Source: Rhizodiscina lignyota (Eukaryota). From it: a stretch of DNA of 64,000 nucleotides. This document shows, one piece after another, positions 1 to 12,363 of the stretch (position 1 is its first letter; every line of letters begins with the position of its first letter). The notes under the pieces were generated by a model. It was not told the DNA's origin and made no database searches. It worked only from the letters and a program-made list of their open reading frames with translations. The position numbers were made by a program, and so were the translations under genes. The stretch lies in NCBI GenBank assembly GCA_010015805.1, contig ML978133.1, forward strand, positions 434,001 through 498,000, written 5' to 3'.

Positions 1-364
1 AGTTTGAAGCGTCAACTTTGAGATCGTAAGATTTGTTGGTCAACTAACAATCAGCCTTCTTAATCTTCAACTCAACTCCATCGTACTTCGAAAGGTCCCA
101 TGATCGTTCGTCTCCACTCGTCCTCTGTGAAGCGAATCCTGCTCCACCAAGCGTTTTGATGTCAAGCGTGCCTCTGAACTTGGCGGCGGAGAATGAGGCA
201 TTGATATCTAGATATGATTCGGATTTGCCGCCTCGGACTGTGTCGTTACTGGCGCTCCAATCGGCGGAGTTCCATTTTCTGATAATCGTCAGTAAATTGT
301 CTGTTTAAGACTTGGGACGGTCATACTTGTCACCACCAAACAGATATACCCGCTTCGGATGCAT
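1..364 (-). CDS. CIA30-family (complex I intermediate-associated protein 30-like) protein, 5' part; runs off the window start
   Basis: Not in the ORF track. ATG at 364 gives MHPKRVYLFGGDK, intron 326-279, then KWNSADWSASNDTVRGGKSESYLDI...FRGTLDIKTLGGAGFASQRT...WDLSKYDGVELKIKKAD, then a donor at 48. The DxVRGGxS and GAGFAS motifs are typical of CIA30 domains. Confidence 0.8.
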
Positions 365-1051
365 CTTGAATTACCTCATGGCCGAAAATTAAGAACAAGG
401 CGGAGGTCCAAATATGCAATGGAACTTATTATATGATCATGACGTGAACAAATAGCACGTGCAGCTGGACCCTTGGATCATCCAGCCTGCCAGGATCCAG
501 CGTCAAATTCGAAGTCTCCTTGACGTCTCCTTGTGTCCGTCTGACTATGAGTACAATGGTTGGAGCGATAGAGAGGAGGGATTCAACCTCCTGTCTCATG
601 CTGTGGTAATGTTCGTGATAAGTTTTCTGCTGCTGGCATGTGTAGTTGAGCAGCAGTGCGGCTTGCGTCGGGAGCTCCTTCCAATTCTTTGCGCGTCGGA
701 GGGAAGGCACGACGCAACGCGAAATGAGGTGCCGCTAGATTCACACGTCAACACATAAAATTGAGCTTAACATTCGATGACTCTCTTTTTCTCTCACCGG
801 TTCATTCCGCCGCGCTTTCGCTCATATTCCGTTTGATCAAACCTCTTCCTTACAACCTCGTTTCTCGCTCTTCAAACCCACAACCGTCTCTCACGACGCG
901 CTCTATCTGCACGTCTTCTCCTTCCAGCGGCCTCTTGAGTCCGTATCTCTTCATGACCGTTGTTTACTAGTGCACAACCTCTGTAGACTCTGTCAGAAGA
1001 TTAGGCCAATATTGTCTCAATATTGCGCGCAACTTCGTTCAGGTCTCCAAC

Positions 1052-4000
1052 ATGGCAACTAACTTCAACCCCTTCAGCGTCCTCGCTGAGTAAGTTTCTC
1101 TTATTTACTGAAAGCTATGAATATGGCTGACGTTTTATTCGCACAGGAATGAAGAAACGGGTAAGAACACGCATTCTCCGATTCCGCTGTCTCAATCCGA
1201 GTGCCACGCGACATTCTCGTAACAACTCAAAACCTGCAGACAGCGCATATGCCAGCGGCGGGACTCCAAGTGTTGGGATAAACGAAGATGCTTATGATCC
1301 TCTCCAATCAGATATGCAAAGCCACGATGGTGACGGCGATACTTTGGTCGTAGCCTCGCCGGATAGAAGCAGCCCAAAGAGGACAATGTCTAGCTTGGTA
1401 ACGCACAAACCGAAAGAGTCAAACCTGCAAATTAACCTTACAGCCTTGAAGACAACTCCAAGCCAAACCCCGCAGAAGTCTTTGCACAAGGCGCCTGCCT
1501 CATTTGCCTCATCGAAAGACGTAGCGAATGTGACCCCAGAGCAAATTACGAAGAAGACACCACCGTCGATCTCACAAACCCCAACTGTGAGACTGTCAGG
1601 AGTGACCAGCCCGAAGGATAAGGAACCCGGCCGACCATCTGCGGCGACCGACCAGCTTCCCATCACCACTCATCGCACAAATGTTATCCGAAATGCTTCA
1701 AAGCAGATGATGATTACTAAGGATGGTAGCCCGCAGAAAATTGTGAGCACTACTAGCGCTGCCTCGCAATCGAAGACGACTCCAAAAAAGACGGAGTCGA
1801 TTGCAGCGCCGAACCAAGCCAGTGCAACCACACATCCTAGCATAGTTCAAGAGAGAATCGTCCGTCCAGTACCCCCAACAGGTCCCAGGAATCCTCAATT
1901 TGCGCCACGAAGGCTCCCTGTCCAACGCTTTGCGAGCGACCGAAACCTGCCAGCTGTCATAGCATGGCGACAACGCCAGCCACCAGTCAAAGTCCATGAG
2001 CTGGCTCGAAATTTCGACCCATCTAACCAAAAGACTGATGCGATCAGAACTAGGAATGGGACTCACTTCCCTATGCTTGAGCATATCGCCTCGCTGACTA
2101 ACACCCACCTCGCAATCTGGCGCTCCTCCGGCAAATGCTTCGAAGTACACATTTGGGGAAGCCCGGAAGACGCTCGAAATGCGATTGTCGAGATTGATTG
2201 GTGGGTGAAGAACATATTCGGACGGACTGGTACACAGAAGTTCGTCAAGATACCACGATTGACGGAAGACGAATGGTACATGATTGAGAAGAAGATCCTC
2301 AATGAGGAGAAGCGACAACGTTTTCGGCGCATCCCAGCTGAAGGGGATAGATTCGCGTACAAGGCATGAAATAAGATGGTCCCAGAACCTAACTTGTTCT
2401 AACTTTGTAACAGTGTCATTTGATATGGCCGGAGAGGGATTGGGCAGTGACAGAGGTCTTGGGCTCGGGGCTTGAGGCGCTTGATGAGATCCGCATGGAT
2501 TGCTTCTCTTACATTCGCTTCCTCACCAGGTCACGCAACCCAGGCCAGGGCTGCGTGTTCGAGGTGTTGAGCAATAACAGGAACCGCATGCTCAATGCTC
2601 TTGAGAGACTCGGTGGCATAATCGACCAGCAGGATGCCAGGCAGTTGTCGCGACCCCGATGGTATCTTGTCAGGCCATGCGACGCGACTCAATTGCGTAA
2701 ACTTGTTAAACTTGAGAAGTACAAGGGACCGAAGCCAGGGCAACTTGGTCAACAGAACCCTTCTACATCTGTTGCCCATCAAGCTCCAGTCGCGATCTCA
2801 GCAGTCCCTCTGCTCCACGGACCTATACTTAGCCCAGATGAGCGCGAGGAGAGGGAGAAGCTCATCGAGAGGGTTAAACCCGGCACAGTAGTGATTGGTG
2901 GCGCGGGCGTCGAAAGTCTGAACATCGAGAGCATCGAAGCGGTGGCTATGACGACCTTGAAGATCCTTACTCACTATCGCGGACATCTCCAAATGAGAGC
3001 ATCGCTCGGGAAGTTCGGCCTTACAAATTTCCCCAAGGAAGACGACAAGCCAAAGCTTGAGTATGAACTTAACAGCTTCGAGGACTTGCTATATAGTGCC
3101 AACGGAGAAGAGAATCCAATGGCAGGCCATGTGACAAAAGAGTGAGTGTGACGGTAGACTCCATTTTGAGGAACTGGATGCTGATCTCATATACAGGCTT
3201 GGGGCTCCTGAATTGGAGCATACGCTGCTTGACCGCTTCAAGGCGGCGGCCCATTTGCTGCTGCCACATGACGCGCGTAGCCCGAGACTCTCAGACGTGC
3301 GGCCGATATACTGCGTTACATTCGTCATTGCAAATCTCAACCAAGACGGCCCTCACTATCAGCTTGAGCTCGAATTCCAAGACATCGACGAGAAGGCTGA
3401 GTTCCGCAGCAAGCGATGGTTGCGTCTCGACGTCAACGAAGAAGATCTGACATCGCTCATGGACATAAACATGATCAACCTCGAAGGCCCCTTGTCCTTC
3501 AACCTGAGCATTGCCGCTGCCAATGCCGTGGTCGAGTCGCGCCTTCCGGCGCACTACGAGAAGTTCGCCAGTGATGTTCAGGTCAACTTAGAAAAAGCAC
3601 GCGACTTCCAGAGCCCGACCGCAGAGGAGTGTTTCTTTAACTACCCGCTAAAGAAGGAAGATAAGAACCCGACTGTGCCAATAGTCCGGATGACGCAGAA
3701 GAGGGCCTGGAGATTTGTGTTGAGCGGCACCGACTACGTTACTGAGGTCGCCACCGTACAGAACGTCAAGTTCAACCCTGATCATGCGAGCATCAAGATC
3801 GTCAGTGGCAACATTACGAAGCCACCGGCCCCGAGGGTGCAGCCGTACGAGATGCGCTGGTCCCTGCAGATGTGGCATCAAGTCTGGGACATGTGGCTGC
3901 CGGGAAATAAAGAGCTGGAACTGGGCGAGGGTGCCATGTGGAGGGCCGAGGAGTCCTTCCTGTTCCCGCCTGACAGGAACATGCTGAGATCGCTAGCCAA

Positions 4001-4205
4001 TCTCAGCGTAGACGATGAAGTTCGCGATATGTTCTTCAGTGCCGGCGAGGGCTTCCAGGCGTTGGTGGAGAAGTTGGAGTGTCTCGAACGCATTGCATGT
4101 GGTGAAGAGGACGGCAAGGGAGATGGTGAGGGAGATGGTGAGGGTCAGTTTTCTGTTGTCTCCGACTCTTTCGGAGTTGATGATGATGTTGACGATGATG
4201 GATGA
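1052..4205 (+). CDS. Uncharacterised fungal protein (about 970 aa) with a low-complexity S/T/P N-terminus and a globular C-terminal half
   Basis: Exons 1052-1089, 1147-1160, 1240-2363, 2414-3141 and 3197-4205 join in frame and merge ORFs 1149, 2420 and 3213. Introns have branch-like sites and CAG acceptors; the third donor is GC. Confidence 0.7.
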
Positions 4206-4898
4206 AACATGACTTACAACTTTGAGGACTAGGGATGAGGCGCAGCTACTGGTCGAACTTGCGAAGTCTTCCTTCGAAGACCCCCTCCAACGGCAGTCCA
4301 TGATCGTCTTTGTTTTTGCCCTTCTTTCTTTCTCACTTTTTTGCTTTAATACTCTGATTTCTGTTTATACACGGCTGTGGATGGAGCTGAATGCATGGGG
4401 CCGGAAGAGGGTACGGTGGAGGCACGTGGTTGGGTGGTGAAGTACCTCATTCCGATTTGCAATTACGATCATTCATGTGCCATGAGCACGTGTTTCATAC
4501 AACTTCAAGATCTCTGGGAATGGGCCAAGCCCAAGAGTCAAAAGATTTTGTAAGGCAGCTCAAGCAAGTAGAGAATGTCAAAAGTCCGGTTCATTTGACT
4601 AATCCGAAGCCTCGCAAAGGCGAGCAACAGAAGAGTTATCCGAAAATGCAATGGGGGTATACCGGCGTCTGCAACGCCAGTCTACCGTTCGTCATCAGGT
4701 TTTGTACGCCGTAAGCCTCGTCTTCAGCGTCATGTTTATTACGCCATTCGCAATGCGCTCGTCGTTCGAGCTTTTTCCCTTTCTCCCTGCAAATGCAATG
4801 AAAGATTCCCAGATCCGTTACTCCTTTTTGCTCCAGAGAACCCCGGCTTGCGCCATGCGCCACGCCCCTTAAAGCCTGCTCCCCATTATTTCCCCCCA

Positions 4899-5798
4899 TC
4901 AGGCAGCGCACTTGGTCTCCCAGTCGTAGAACTCGTCCTCCCGGTCCAGATGCGCCTCGACGCGCGTGACCACGTCCTTCAACACGGCGTCGGGCGTCCT
5001 CTCGACGTCCACCTCGATCACGTCCTCGGCCTTCTCCTTCCGGCTCGGCGACTGGAGGCTCTCGAACTGGCTCTTCACCATGTCCGACTTCATGTAGTGT
5101 CCCTTGCGCGCGGCGACGCGGTTGAGCGATTCCTGCTGCGAGATGGAGAGGTAGATGAAGTGCACGCTGATGTTCAGGCCCTGCGAGTGGATCGGGTGCG
5201 CGGCTACGCGGAACTCGTCGCGGTACTTGAGCTTCAGGGCGGAGCAGGTGACGACCACTGCCTTTGGGGGAGAGCCGGAATTGGCTGCTGGGGGAGGGAG
5301 CAGAGTCGTGTCGGCAGAGGAAGAAGGGTTGGTGGGTGGTGGCTGCGCGAGCATGTTGATGGCGTGGTCGCGGAGAGCAATCAGCCAGTCCCAGCGGTCG
5401 GCGTCGGTGAGAGGGATGCCGCTGTTCATCTTTTTGACGTTCTCAGGTGGGTGATGCTGTTGTTATGAAGTCAACACTCGCTTCTTTTTTCATGAAATGG
5501 CAAGACTTACATCGTCGCCCTCAACGTAGGGCACACCAAGGTGATTGGCGAGGGCCTGGCCGACAGTGGTCTTGCCACAGCCTGCTGGACCCGTGACGAC
5601 CCAGATGTGCTGGCGAGGCTTGCTGCCCTTTGCGGGAGAGAGACTGCGTGTCATCGTAGTGTAGTGGGATTGACCTTGGGGTTGAGGGTGAGATCGAATG
5701 GGAGTGACTGCGGACACGGACTGCCGCTGCGAGGGGCGGATTGTTGGCGAGACATAATGGGCTTGTGCCGGGGTCGGAGTATATGTAGCAACCGTCAT
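4899..5798 (-). CDS. Gluconokinase (thermoresistant gluconokinase / IdnK-GntK family)
   Basis: P-loop GPAGCGKTT, EGDD-HHPPENVKKMNSGIPLTDADRWDWL, TCSALKLKYRD and RKGHYMKSDMVKSQFESL; intron 5510-5457. Confidence 0.92.
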
Positions 5799-8376
5799 CG
5801 AGGTGCGAGTTTATCGGCGCGTGGTGTTATGGCGTGGCTTGTCCCGGCACGTGGTTCGGTTTCGTGTGGTGTTGCTGATATCAAGGGCTCGGGCAAGCGA
5901 CAATCGTGCGATTGGGCAGAAGTCGGAGTTTGATGATTGAAAGACTGATGTTTTCCTAGTACGAGATGCGCCGGATTCTGGGTAAACGGAACAATTGCCA
6001 CACGAAGAAAAATTCCCAACAATTGACAGGGAGGGTAGGGGTACGGCGAGTGACAGCGTGGGAGAGTGTAAGGTGGAGGTGGTGAGGCTCTTAGGGGACG
6101 AGATGCGGAGAGACACGATCAGGGATGCCAGATTCGCGGGTCCTGGGACTTGGGACTGGAAAGAGATGAAGAGACGTGCGAGCGCGCGGACTCTTAACCT
6201 TTTAATGGAACATGACGACAGTGTGAGGAGGCGCGGGCAGGGTCACCGCAGGTAGAGGCCTAAGGTTTGGAGGCCACGAGGACATGGCGGAACGGCGGAA
6301 GGCAGGCAGTGGCATGTCTGCGACGAGGAAGCGTTCCTTACGCCTTACCTTACGTGAACAGGCGCCGAATGGGTCGGCAGTGGCAGAGCTAGGGAGATGT
6401 CGAGTGGGAGAGTGGGCGAGTTGATGTCAGTCACGGCGGCGCAGGGATGCGGCAGGCACTGGCAGCAGCGCGAAAATCCCCCACGTTTGCGATCCAGCAT
6501 CCATGCGGACGGGCATGCGAGTGAGAGCTTCCTTAGCCCTCCCGCTGCGTCGTCGTTAATCATCGCAGCGCCGAGCGCCATTTTCGCACGCCTCCTACTC
6601 GCTGGCCCTGTGCGGAGTTGCGCTCGCAGCGCCCTCCCATTCGCCTGCGATGCACTGAGGCCCGAGTCACACGCACGCATGGCGACGAGATGTAAGATTT
6701 CAGGAGCACAGCAGGGCGTGGCGCAGCTATTATGCCACGACTCGGCAGGAAACCCGACTTCCCCGCGCGTTCGGGCATGAGAAAGAGACGGCGACAAGAA
6801 CAGTCGCGCGGAACCCACTGCCTCGCAGCTGGCACAAAAATTACCCTACTGGTCGAAAAGAGTAAGAGGCAGACGCAGCAGAAGCAAGCAAGCACGAGAC
6901 CATGCTCCACCACTCCCCCCTGGCGTGCAACCTGCAAATGTGCCAATTTTAGCTGGCCACGTTCGACCTACAAGACCGTCGACATTGACCTCTCCAGCGC
7001 ATCGTAGGGAGCCGGCAACCGAAGTGCGTGCGCCGAGAGCACGCAGAGAGTTGAGGTCTGACGTAGAGCACCCCGTCTCGTGACCCCTTCCAACCAACAA
7101 GCTTCCCCAGACACCTCACATCGCAGCAGACGCATACACTCAACCTGCGAGTCAGATGGAGAATTACGTCGCCGTCCGCCGAGCGCGAAGCAATTGACGT
7201 GCAAGCGAGCATCAATTGCGGCCAGCAAAGCAACTCCATACGACGTGCGAACAAAATCATCAATCACACTGCATGCTCCTTCGGGGTAGCGTTCACCGCC
7301 TTTCCCTGCGTCAGTTTTGCCTGTCGTACATGCTTCGTTCTTCCGCCCTTTTCGCCCTCCCTGTAATCTTGCTTGCTCCATCACACTGTCTTCTAACCTC
7401 ACCGTCCCCACATCTGCTCGAGTTCTCGACGCTCCAGAGGCTCGCTGAGAGTTGGTGACCCCCACGCTCTTTACTCGTTGCAGGCCGTTGGGGTCTCCAC
7501 TACCCCTTTAGCGTCTTAATCCGCCAGACTTCCGACTAAAGTGGCTTCTTTTCCGAACGAGCAATTATGGCTGAGAGGCGAGTGAGGGTCAACATGGACG
7601 TTCGAGCTGCTTTGCATGCCACCGCTGAGCATTCCGGCTGCAGGCTTCGGGTCGGATGGACGCAACGGTTCGGGCGATTCGTCAGAAATCACGAGGAATC
7701 AAGGGGTATGAGGGACTGATTGATATTCCCATGGATCCTCGCAGGCCCACGATAATTTTACACTGCTTACCATACGTCCACTTCGCCCTCTCGTTCAAGC
7801 GATGTTGAAGGTGGACCATGAAGCTCCCGGATAAAGTAGCAGTTGCAGGCTCACTTGCATCCCCAGACAAGCCCAAGCTTTCGAAACAGACGGCCAAGGC
7901 CGAATATCAAATCAACATTCACGAAAGATGCCTTCAGCTGCACTCATCTTAAGGACACTCGATTCACAGAGTATGTTGAAGAGCTGCAGGTCACTCTCAC
8001 AGTTGCATCCGTACTCGTACATCGAGAATTCAGGCTAAGTATCTTAAGCCTATCTTGGCTGGGCCCCCTAAGCGTCTTTCGCTTCCGTTCATGTCGTCAA
8101 TTCCGATTCAGGCGATCTCATCTGTCCATATCCCCTGTTGCGAATCTCCAGCATTGGCACAACCGATCATGGTCAACATCTTCGATCCCTAATCCCCATG
8201 AATACCCCAGCTTTGTTTCGCTTCGTATCAGCAGCTGCTGGAGCCTCACCATAACGTTACAGCCATGGCATATTCCGAGATGCAGCCTGGGGAACTAGTG
8301 GCACCGTTGGGCTGCAGTAAACGAGGACGTTTGATATCACAGGAAACATCGCAGCAAACGCTGTTCGACGTCGGCC

Positions 8377-9555
8377 TTACCCTTGATCTCTCAACTTTGC
8401 CATTGCAGCCAGAAACCCCTCGCTTAGCCCTTCATTTGCGGTATTTTTGCTTGCGGGCTTCGACCCGGTGCTGGATTGACCAGGCTTCTTGGACATATCA
8501 GAAGCCTCCGCTTCTGCTTCGGCCAACGCCGCTTCGTCGTCCAGCTCAGCGCCTGCGTCGAGCATCATTGCGTCACCTGCAGGTCTGGCTGCACCCCTCC
8601 TATCTGCATCTGCAGTCCCCAGTGCCCCAGATAACGGCCGAGAAGGTCCAGAACTGATCGCTTCCCCAATTCGAGCGGCAACCAGTGGATCGTTTTCCCT
8701 ATCTGCCCTCGACACGTCTCTCGACAGATTCGCGACTGCGTTGTCTCGCGCGAGGCCCCTCTTCGCCGCCTTCTTCACTCGAAACGGCTCCCTCACTGCT
8801 CCGCACCACCGCTTCACCTTCTTCTCGCCCCACCCCGCAACCAGCGCGACCTCCTCCGGCCTTGCGTTCATCGCAGTTCGCAGACTCCCAAAGTTCGAGA
8901 CGAGACCGACGGCATCAGTCTTGTTGATGCTGCGTGGAGTCGTCACGAACGCGACCATCTTATCACCGTACGTCTCCGCTCTGTGCCCACGGATGGACTG
9001 GTTAGACGGGCTGGCGTGCTCGTACATCTTGTAGAGTTCGAGATAGCGCGCTGCCTCCGCGGCAGACCAGCATAGCATAATGGTAATATTATTGATCAAA
9101 CTGGTCTTCGAAAGCTCTCTCAGCGGCTCCTCATGGTCGTCGACGTCCACTAGCGTGAGGAGGATACGCAGTTGATATTTGCCTTGGAGCTGCCGTATGC
9201 GGTTATAGACATATTCAGGATGTAGACGGTGGTATTTGATGCTGAGGAAGAAGGCGCAGGTAGTCAGGCCGAGCACGTAGTCGGCTGGAATGTCGGAGTA
9301 CTCCCATGGCACGGCTTTGATAGACTTCAGCAGCGGATTGCCTTTCTGTCGGGTTGAGACGAGTATAGAACTAGGCCCGGCGCGTTGAGCGAGAGCTTGA
9401 GGCTTCGGCTGCTGGACCTTGGGTAGGCCATTTTGATTCTGTGAAGTGCTGCCTGCGCCAGAATTGATGACCGTTGATGAGGCGCTCTGTGCACCGCGCT
9501 CAGACGCGGCGATGGCGGCAGAGAAGTCGACATCGTCCCCGAAGTCGTCGTCCAT
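8377..9555 (-). CDS. RAD10: ERCC1/Rad10/Swi10 DNA repair endonuclease subunit
   Basis: ILVSTRQKGNPLLKSI...IPADYVLG...FLSIKYHRLHPEY and a C-terminal HhH region (VAGWGEKKVKR). Likely start is MDDDF at 9555. Confidence 0.93.
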   Translation of the reverse strand: MDDDFGDDVDFSAAIAASERGAQSASSTVINSGAGSTSQNQNGLPKVQQPKPQALAQRAGPSSILVSTRQKGNPLLKSIKAVPWEYSDIPADYVLGLTTCAFFLSIKYHRLHPEYVYNRIRQLQGKYQLRILLTLVDVDDHEEPLRELSKTSLINNITIMLCWSAAEAARYLELYKMYEHASPSNQSIRGHRAETYGDKMVAFVTTPRSINKTDAVGLVSNFGSLRTAMNARPEEVALVAGWGEKKVKRWCGAVREPFRVKKAAKRGLARDNAVANLSRDVSRADRENDPLVAARIGEAISSGPSRPLSGALGTADADRRGAARPAGDAMMLDAGAELDDEAALAEAEAEASDMSKKPGQSSTGSKPASKNTANEGLSEGFLAAMAKLRDQG

Positions 9556-10097
9556 GAGGCCAGATATAGTGCTGTCCGACGTGGGAAACAGCTGTTTCCG
9601 CCGCCGCGGTCTCCTTTTCACTCAGCGCGCAGATTGAAAAAGGGCCGACGGGCGTGAGTGGCTGGGTGTCAGGCTTCGCGCGCGTGTGTTCAAAATACCT
9701 TTAGCGCGGGCAGGCGTAGCGGCTAGCCTGCCCTGCCCTACCTATTCTCACGCTCGCTACAAGATCGCCCAACCGATCCATCCAACTTCTCTACCACCAC
9801 CATCCTCCCATTGCCGCCGACTGCACACCCTCTCCGTCCACGTACACACCGACTCTACGATACAAACCACAATCGAAAGGTCTTTCCAGCCTCTGAAAGC
9901 GCACGGCGTCATCGCAAGCCGACCACCCGAGCAGGCGCCCCGTGCGCAGTCTGACAAAGAAAGCGAACCACAGCGCAGGGCAAAGCCGCAACACCTCCAC
10001 CACCACCGCATCCCCAGAACTCCAGCAACACAGAAAGCGACAGATCGATTGCAACCGCACCAGCATACACCATCCACTCAATCTGGCGGCCGCTCTC

Positions 10098-11254
10098 ATG
10101 TCCGCGTACAAGCGGCCGCGGCTGACCGGATCCTTCTCGCCAGCGAGCCCGCCGTACCACCTCGCAAAGGGCGTGGAGCAAAAGGAGCGCCCCGTGCAGC
10201 AGCCGAACACACCGACGAGCCCGCCGCCGACAATGTCTGCGCAAGTGATTCCCGGCCTGAGCATGAGCGGGCCGTCCGCATCGACGGCCAGCGCCGCGAG
10301 CACCGTGAACACGCAGCTTGCGGACGACACTCCGGCGAGCAGTGCTGCGGGCACTGTGTCATTTGCGCCGCAGGATAGGGATGGTGATGCAGTGATGGGG
10401 GACGGTGGAGAAAAGGTCGAGGGCGAGGATGGCGACAAGAAGAGCAATCACATGCGGACTGACCATGAACGGATACAAGAGGGCCTGAAGCTCGTAGGCG
10501 AGCAAGAGGCGCTGAGGGACTATCTGCTGAATGTAGATGTGGGGCCGATGTACAAGCTTTGCGAGAAACGTAAGGCTCTCTGCTCCCCGCTCTTAACATG
10601 CACTTCAGTTTTCAAAACGGCGTTGCTCAACTCTGCAAAATAGAATATACGCGCTCTGTACCACACCCGTCGCAGAACCTCATCACCCTCTTCAACCTCA
10701 CCGATATCGCCAAGTCGGTCGAGCGCAAAGACCCCGTCACAGGCGAGAAGACGAATAAGCTCCGGAAGAGCTACGAGAACCAGATCAAGACGCTTGCGAT
10801 TGCGGGCCGCAACAAGGCCATCGATGGCAACGGCGACTTCCAAACTCTGCTCAAATTCCCTGATGAAGAGTACTTCAACCAGCACGTAAACGGCAAATCG
10901 GTCGAGTCGGGCTTGACTGCCTCGTGGGAAGCGAGGTTGGACAAGGCATTGGCGATGCCCGTACCACAGATCAAGCTCCCAGAGCCGGAGAACGAGAGGT
11001 GGAAATCTCTCATTGGGACGGAAGAGCCAGTGAAGCTGGCACGTCCGCTGGTGCAGGGGCACGATTCGTCCACAACTGCTCCGGCTGTCGGATCGAAGCA
11101 GCAGAATGCCAGTGGTAGACCCGAACGCGCGAACAAGAAGAGGAGGTATAACGATTCCAGCTTTGCGGGATATGGAGAGGGATATTTGGACGACCACCTC
11201 GACTCTGAGGATGATACCTCGCTTGCTGCTAGACGAAAGAGGGTGAGAAGCTGA
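10098..11254 (+). CDS. MED19: Mediator subunit Med19/Rox3
   Basis: PHPSQNLITLFNL...RKDPVTGEKTNKLRKSYENQIKTLAIAGRNK motif; intron 10570-10643. The 3' end is uncertain because a further intron may start near 11243. Confidence 0.85.
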
Positions 11255-12363
11255 ATAAGCATAAACGGAAGATCATCTCACTTCAGTGTACTACTGACTA
11301 CACCGCTACCTACGGATAACCTTGCACGGCACGACTCGGACGGAAGCGGCATTTTGCCGGCGTTTAAGCTCCGTTGGACGGAGCGAGGTGGATATGCTTG
11401 CTTGCCCTTCAAGGTCTTTCTTTTTTCTGCAGTATGAATACCATGGGCTTTTTGTCACGGTCTAAAAGGGCTGGATCGCCCATACACAAAGGATGAATTG
11501 ACGAAGATTGTTTATTTTTCCCCCTCAGCTGCGGCGTTTGTACATGGTACATTGGGGATGCTGCGAAAATGCTCACTGCCGATGATGAGCGGTTGTTGGA
11601 CTGTTGACTTTTGATCTTTCCTTTCCCTGTTCAATAGATGGGATCGACTACTACTGCTGCGGCCCTTTCGGCTTCGAGGGCAGATTTGTTTATATGCGAA
11701 AGAAATCGAATCGAAGACATTGTTCAAGATGTGAGCTGATTCTTGCGTATCGGGCCTCTTGGGACGCCACCGAGCTGAGTGGTCATGGAATCACATATCT
11801 AATTGACAGCCTATTTTTGCACTAGCAGTGCCATTGCTTGAGCCCTAACATGTTTGAAGGTGAAGCTCCACATTACCTGGCATCAGAGCATCTGGAAGTA
11901 GGCAGTTTCTTGGTAACGAATGAGCCAATCAAGGAACCAAGTTCTGGGTGGAAGCCACCTAATAGCTGGGTGGCTCCTGCCCTAACTCGGTTCATGTCCG
12001 GGACGTCTGTTCGCTCCCGAGAAACTGTATCTTTCGTACGTTCCTGACATACGCCCACTCTTGTTCAACATCTCCCCCAGCAGTTTTGCTCTGCAACTCT
12101 TGGTAGTAAGACTTGACGTAATTTAGACGTAGTTTAACTAATGTTATGCTAGGGTGGATGAGCTAAAGTGGAGCAAGCTCGTCCAATAGTCGACGCAGCC
12201 TTGCAGCCTTGCAGCCTCATTAACATGCAGGAGGAAGATGGCGGTGGCTTGAACAATTTTACGAGGCTGAGTTGGCAAGGCTCGCTGCTGCTTTTCTTTA
12301 TCTAATGGCGGTTTCCTCAATCTCATCAATTTTCTTCAATGGCTCTGACTCTCTCGCTTCAGC

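Noticed and set aside
11243..11350. Extra terminal intron/exon of MED19
   Set aside because: A donor-like GTGAGA and an ACTGAC branch are present, but there is no well-placed YAG acceptor; cannot be resolved without cDNA.
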